NCBI GenBank assembly: GCA_046075565.1
Contig: JBJTQJ010000030.1
Span: 1-64,000, forward strand
Reading direction: 5' to 3'
Origin: Verrucomicrobiales bacterium
Lineage (GTDB): Bacteria; Verrucomicrobiota; Verrucomicrobiia; Verrucomicrobiales; SLCJ01
DNA: 64,000 nucleotides
How positions within the stretch are numbered: the stretch's first letter is position 1; every line of letters begins with the position of its first letter. The notes under the pieces are model-generated. The model saw only the letters and a list, made by a program, of their open reading frames with translations, did no database searches and was not told the origin of the DNA. Shown here piece after piece: positions 60,201-64,000 of this stretch. The translations under genes were made by a program, and so were the position numbers.

Positions 60201-60798
60201 GGAAGACCTCGTCGTTGTCGAAGGCTGATTTCGCCTCGGCGCGGGCTTCATCGAGTTTGGTAGCAAGTTCGCCCTCCGCATTCACGATGCGCATGCCGCG
60301 CCCGCCGCCGCCATGGGCAGCTTTGATGATGAGGGGAAATCCGATCTTCCGGGCGATGGCCAGCGCCTCCTTGCGATCGGCCACCGGATAGTCGGTGCCG
60401 GGAAGCGTGGGAAGCCCCGCTTTGTCGGCCAGAGTCCGCGCGGCCATCTTGTCTCCCATTTGCGAGAGCAATTTCGGATCGGGACCGATGAAGGTGATGC
60501 CGGCTTCCGCGCAGGCACGGGCGAATTTCGCGTTTTCAGAAAGGAATCCGTAACCGGGGTGGATGGCATCCACGCCCTTTTCCTTGGCGAGGCCCACGAT
60601 GCCGGGGATGTCCAGATAGGCTCCAACCGGGCCTTTGGTGGGGTCCAATTGATAGGCCTCGTCGGCTTTGAACCGGTGGACGGAAAATCGATCCTCGCGG
60701 GCATAGATGGCGACGGTGCGGATACCGAGTTCGCTGGCCGCGCGGAAGATGCGGATGGCGATTTCGGAACGATTGGCGGCGAGGATTTTCCGGAACAT
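57295..60798 (-). CDS. pyc: Pyruvate carboxylase (single chain)
   Basis: ANRSEIAIR, GGGGRGMR, ERDCSVQRRHQK, RDAHQSL, HFHTHDT, VKVTPSSK and biotin site EAMKM. Confidence 0.98.
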   Translation of the reverse strand: MFRKILAANRSEIAIRIFRAASELGIRTVAIYAREDRFSVHRFKADEAYQLDPTKGPVGAYLDIPGIVGLAKEKGVDAIHPGYGFLSENAKFARACAEAGITFIGPDPKLLSQMGDKMAARTLADKAGLPTLPGTDYPVADRKEALAIARKIGFPLIIKAAHGGGGRGMRIVNAEGELATKLDEARAEAKSAFDNDEVFLERYIARAKHIEVQILGDRHGNVVHLHERDCSVQRRHQKVIEIAPSVGLDDRLRVELCEAAARLASGIGYQNAGTVEFLVDMDAVEADRYSFTGDARVSPYFFIEMNPRIQVEHTVTEEITNVDLVRSQILVATGAKLHGPEIGIPAQADIPRFGYAIQCRITTEDPEKAFAPDTGTILTYRSPAGLGIRLDGAMATGGATITPYYDSLLVKLTARAGNFNLAIQRVDRALKEFRIRGVKTNIPFLENVIHHELFRTGKATTRLIDTTPELFQFKAKRDRASRLLSFLGNVIVNGNPNAKGFKPSIPYLPAKSVPVVPAAGPVPALPPKGTRDMLLEMGAEKFAAWVGKQKRLLLTDTTFRDAHQSLLATRVRTYDMLHVARAVAHRAPDLFSMEMWGGATFDTAMRFLKEDPWQRLEQLREAVPNICFQMLFRGSNAVGYTNYPDNVVAGFVKHAAARGMDIFRIFDSLNYLPNLKAAMEAVRGTHALCEAAICYTGDILDSRRDKYALEYYVRLAKELEKMGAHLLCIKDMAGLCKPYAAVKLIKALKAETALPIHFHTHDTSGLNAASILKAAEAGVDIADAAIASMSGGTSQPNLNSLVAALEHTPRATGLDIGALNEFSDYWADVRSFYKPFDTAEPYGTAEVYLHEMPGGQYTNLKEQAAAMGLAHRWPEIARTYAEVNELFGDIVKVTPSSKVVGDMTMFLIAKGVKAKDVINLPDGTSFPESVIDMLSGGLGQPPGGFPKKLVRKICGERVQIRNKRPGLYAETVDFEATRTELAKKIHRQPGEDDVWSYLMYPQVFLDFEDHRKRHSDVSVLPTPAYYYGLAPGEEMNVEIEEGKTLIVKLHHVGEPHASGSRPVHFELNGLARTTEIVDKSIAREVVRRPQADPAKPGEIGAPMPGMVASVAVSVGSKVQTGDPLVTLEAMKMFTTVTSPTDGVVEAVEVGAGENVAAKDLLVRLVAD

Positions 60799-60852
60799 GG
60801 TCGGCGGGTGTGGGGGAGGCCATGAAACCCCATTTTTGCCAATTCGCCAGTG

Positions 60853-60894
60853 GAAAAAGATGCCCCGCATCCGGTTTGTGCGGAATGCAGGGCG
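60853..60894 (-). terminator. Putative rho-independent terminator after the CoA-transferase gene
   Basis: Imperfect stem TGCCCCGCATCCG/CGGAATGCAGGGCG followed by TCTTTTT on the - strand. Confidence 0.55.
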
Positions 60895-60918
60895 TGAGCG
60901 GTCGATTTTGCGGCAATC

Positions 60919-62415
60919 TCACCGGTTCATGCTGCCGGTCTCCAGGAAACGCTGGTGCATGACGAAGGCGCTGGCGAGCGTCTGGGGCGTGTGCCCGGCC
61001 GCCACACCGTGGAGGTAGGAATCGAGTTCGTCCCGGTAGGAAGGGTGAACGCAATTCTTGATGATCTCGTCGCCGCGTTCGGTCGGGTCTTTGCCGCGGA
61101 GATCGGCAATGCCCTGTTCGGTGATGAGCACCTGCACGCTGTGTTCGCTGTGATCCATGTGGCTGACCAGTGGCACGACCGTGCTGATGTTCCCGCCCTT
61201 GGCGACGGACGGACAAGTGAAGATGGAAATGAAGGCGTTGCGGGTAAAATCCCCGGAGCCGCCGATGCCGTTCATGAGGTCCGCGCCCATGACGTGGGTG
61301 CTATTCACGTTTCCGAAGATGTCGACTTCAATGGCGGTGTTGATGGAAATGATCCCGAGGCGCCGGATGAGTTCGGGATTGTTGGAAATCTCCTGCGGGC
61401 GCAGCACCATGCGATGCTTGAAGAACTCGAGGTTCTCATAAATCTCCGTGAGCAGGGAGGGGGAGACCGTGAGTGATGTTCCGCTGGCGAAAGTGATGTC
61501 ACCGCTTTTCATCAATTCGATCACCGAGTCCTGCACGACTTCGGAGAACATCTCGAACGGCGGGATATCTGGGTTGGCACCCGTGGCCCCGAGCACGGCG
61601 TTGGCAATATTGCCCACGCCGGATTGGATGGGGAGAAAGGATTTCGGGATGCGTCCGGCGGCCAATTCGGCGCCGAGGAAACGCGCCACATTTTCGCCGA
61701 TGCCCGCCGTGATCGGGTCGGTATCTTTGAATCCGGCCACTTCATCGGGCCGGTTGGTCCGCACGATGCCGATGATCTTGTCCGAATCGACCCGCACTGC
61801 ACGGCTGCCGATGCGATCGCGCACCGTCACCATCGGGATGGGCTGGCGGTGGGGAGGATCGTAAGGTTCATAGATGTCGTGAAGACTACGAAGGGCGACC
61901 GGATGGTATTCGTTCAACTCGATGAGGATTTTATCGGCGACATGGCAGAAGGTGGGAGCAGCACCGACCGACGTGGTGAGCACGATTTGCCCATCGGCGG
62001 TCACGTCGCAGGCTTCGACGATGGCCAGATCGAATTTGCCGAGGAATCCATAGCGCACGTTTTGCGGCAACACCGAAATGTGCATGTCGAAGAAATGGGT
62101 TTTGCCAGCGTTGATGCTCTTGCGCAGGGACTTGTCGGACTGGTAAGGCGTGCGCCAGGAAATCGCGTCGGCGCGGGCCAGTTCGCCATCGAGGGAATCT
62201 CCGGTCGAGGCTCCGGTCACGACACCAGTCTTGAATTCACGTCCGGCTTTATGTTCGGCGCGGGCGCGGGCTGCGATGGCCTGCGGGATGCTCTTGGCGG
62301 CGCCGGCGGGAGTGAATCCGCTGAAGCCGATGGTCATGCCATGTTGGACATGTTCGGCGGCTTCCGCGGGGGTGAGGTCCGGAAATCTTCTGGGAGTGCT
62401 GCGTTTGTAAGACAT
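60919..62415 (-). CDS. Succinate/propionate CoA-transferase (acetyl-CoA hydrolase/transferase, ScpC/AarC family)
   Basis: [23 protein letters not shown], catalytic [15 protein letters not shown] and [10 protein letters not shown]. Confidence 0.93.
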   Translation of the reverse strand: MSYKRSTPRRFPDLTPAEAAEHVQHGMTIGFSGFTPAGAAKSIPQAIAARARAEHKAGREFKTGVVTGASTGDSLDGELARADAISWRTPYQSDKSLRKSINAGKTHFFDMHISVLPQNVRYGFLGKFDLAIVEACDVTADGQIVLTTSVGAAPTFCHVADKILIELNEYHPVALRSLHDIYEPYDPPHRQPIPMVTVRDRIGSRAVRVDSDKIIGIVRTNRPDEVAGFKDTDPITAGIGENVARFLGAELAAGRIPKSFLPIQSGVGNIANAVLGATGANPDIPPFEMFSEVVQDSVIELMKSGDITFASGTSLTVSPSLLTEIYENLEFFKHRMVLRPQEISNNPELIRRLGIISINTAIEVDIFGNVNSTHVMGADLMNGIGGSGDFTRNAFISIFTCPSVAKGGNISTVVPLVSHMDHSEHSVQVLITEQGIADLRGKDPTERGDEIIKNCVHPSYRDELDSYLHGVAAGHTPQTLASAFVMHQRFLETGSMNR

Positions 62416-62450
62416 GGGGAGCTAAGGTTCGTGTTGTGTTTGGCGATTGT

Positions 62451-62681
62451 TCAGTGCCCTCCGCGGAGCATGGCGAGGAAATATCCGGCCGCCAGCGCGG
62501 TGCCGATGACTCCTGCGACGTTCGGGCCCATGGCATGCATAAGCAGGTAGTTGTGGGGATCGTATTTCTGTCCTTCCACATGGCTGACTCGTGCGGCCAT
62601 GGGGACGGCGGAAACTCCCGCCGAACCGATGAGCGGATTGATTTTGTCCTTGAGGAAAAGATTCATGAATTTCGCCATGAC
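62451..62681 (-). pseudogene. 3' fragment of a Na+-transporting decarboxylase beta subunit (OadB/MmdB family)
   Basis: [33 protein letters not shown]...[17 protein letters not shown]. Upstream of ~62681 this frame is only antisense of the mutase. Confidence 0.9.
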
Positions 62682-64000
62682 CTCGCCACCCACCGTGGCT
62701 ACGATAGCGATCACCAGCGCGTCGTCGGTGATGTCGGCAAAGCCGGTGTGGCCATCGATAGCGTCGAGGACATGAAAGTTCTCTTCAATGGCATCCCGCT
62801 CGACCGGGTTTCTGTTTCCATGACCATGAATGGGGCGGTCATTCCCGTTCTCGCCTTCTACATCGTCGCCGCCCTCGAACAAGGTTGCACGCTCGACCAA
62901 CTCAGCGGGACCATCCAGAACGACATCCTCAAGGAATTCATGGTGCGGAATACCTACATCTATCCGCCCGCGCCATCCATGCGCATCATCGGCGACATCT
63001 TCTCTTACACCTCGCGCAAGATGCCGAAGTTCAATTCCATTTCCATTTCCGGCTATCACATGCAGGAAGCCGGAGCCACCGCCGACCTCGAAATGGGATA
63101 CACCTTGGCCGATGGACTCGAATACCTGCGCACCGGAACGAACAGCGGACTCGACATCGATGCGTTCGCACGGCGACTCTCCTTCTTCTGGGCCATCGGA
63201 AAGAACTACTTCATGGAAATCGCCAAGATGCGCGCCGCCCGCGTGCTTTGGGCTCGCATCGTGAAAGGATGCAACCCGAAGAAGGCCGGCTCCATGGCCC
63301 TGCGTACGCACTCGCAGACCTCGGGTTGGTCGCTCACCGAACAGGATCCATTCAACAACGTCACCCGCACCGCCATCGAAGCCATGGCTGCCGCTTGCGG
63401 TCATCCCCAATCGTTGCACACCAATGCTCTCGACGAGGCCATCGCCTTGCCGACCGATTTCTCGGCCCGCATCGCGCGCAACACGCAGCTTTTCCTTCAG
63501 GAAGAAACGGGCATCTGCAAGGTGATCGATCCATGGGGTGGCAGTTACTACGTCGAGGCTCTCACCGAAGCCCTCATGAAAAAGGCTTGGGCCCACATCG
63601 AGGAAGTCGAGTCGCTCGGCGGCATGACCAAGGCCATCGAAGAGGGGATTCCGAAACTCCGCATCGAAGAGGCCGCTGCCCGCCGCCAAGCCCGCATCGA
63701 TTCCGGTAAAGAAACCATCGTCGGTCTCAACAAATACCGTCTCGAAAAAGAAGAGCCGCTCGACATCCTCGACATCGACAATAGCGCGGTGCGCGAGAGC
63801 CAAATTAAGCGGCTCAAGGAGGTCAAAGGAAACCGCGACTCCGCCGCGTGCCAAGCAGCGCTCGAAGCGATCACCAAATGCGCCGCCGGGGGCGAGGGCA
63901 ACTTGCTCGAACTCGCGGTCGCCGCCGCCCAAGCCCGTGCCACCCTCGGGGAGATTTCCGACGCCATGGAGAAGGTTTTCGGTCGCTATATAGGCGAAGA
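62679..64000 (+). pseudogene. scpA: Methylmalonyl-CoA mutase, 5'-truncated and running off the window (absent from the ORF track)
   Basis: Hand translation from 62679: [99 protein letters not shown]. The frame is consistent to the window end. Confidence 0.93.

Noticed and set aside
58516..60228. Long antisense ORFs (also 1723..2793, 4484..5770, 9718..10974, 49143..50186, 53622..54878)
   Set aside because: They are shadows of well-supported genes, as expected in high-GC DNA, and carry no motifs.
62451..63932. 493-aa minus-strand ORF as a novel fusion protein
   Set aside because: Only the last ~75 codons are real (decarboxylase beta); the rest is the antisense shadow of methylmalonyl-CoA mutase.

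Overview
A GC-rich bacterial chromosomal window made up mostly of housekeeping genes. Verrucomicrobiota (Verrucomicrobiales-like) is my inference from gene content and style: a large TPR protein, DUF1080, an ECF sigma/Ser-Thr kinase pair, a vWA protein and SD-less pyrimidine-rich start contexts. It has about 55 coding regions, including gcvP, yicC, rfbD, hup, trpB2, tmk, holB, leuA, lipB, thyA, recG, recJ, folK and pyc. It also carries a Gld-like ABC operon running into CbiX/DR2241-like genes, an orphan DNA methyltransferase, a PlsC plus sphingomyelin-synthase-like pair, an ECF sigma/Ser-Thr kinase/NlpC-P60 operon and the remains of a succinate-propionate operon. I saw no rRNA, tRNA, CRISPR array, IS element or prophage. 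The main observations the ORF track does not show are: (i) a back-to-back junction at ~62680 joining a 5'-truncated Na+-decarboxylase beta gene (-) to a 5'-truncated methylmalonyl-CoA mutase (+), which is either an inversion breakpoint or a chimera; (ii) several genes broken by single stops or frameshifts (GH29 fucosidase, trpB2, yceH-like, a hypothetical gene, the TPR stop), suggesting an error-prone consensus or gene decay; (iii) a GTAG-type REP doublet with a compensatory base-pair change; (iv) 10-bp-phased T-tracts in two divergent promoters; (v) a Pho-box-like repeat before a PlcP-like gene; (vi) a recurring TTGNNN-N16/17-CATNNT promoter variant. I did not find a clearly new system; the best candidates are flagged with tests.
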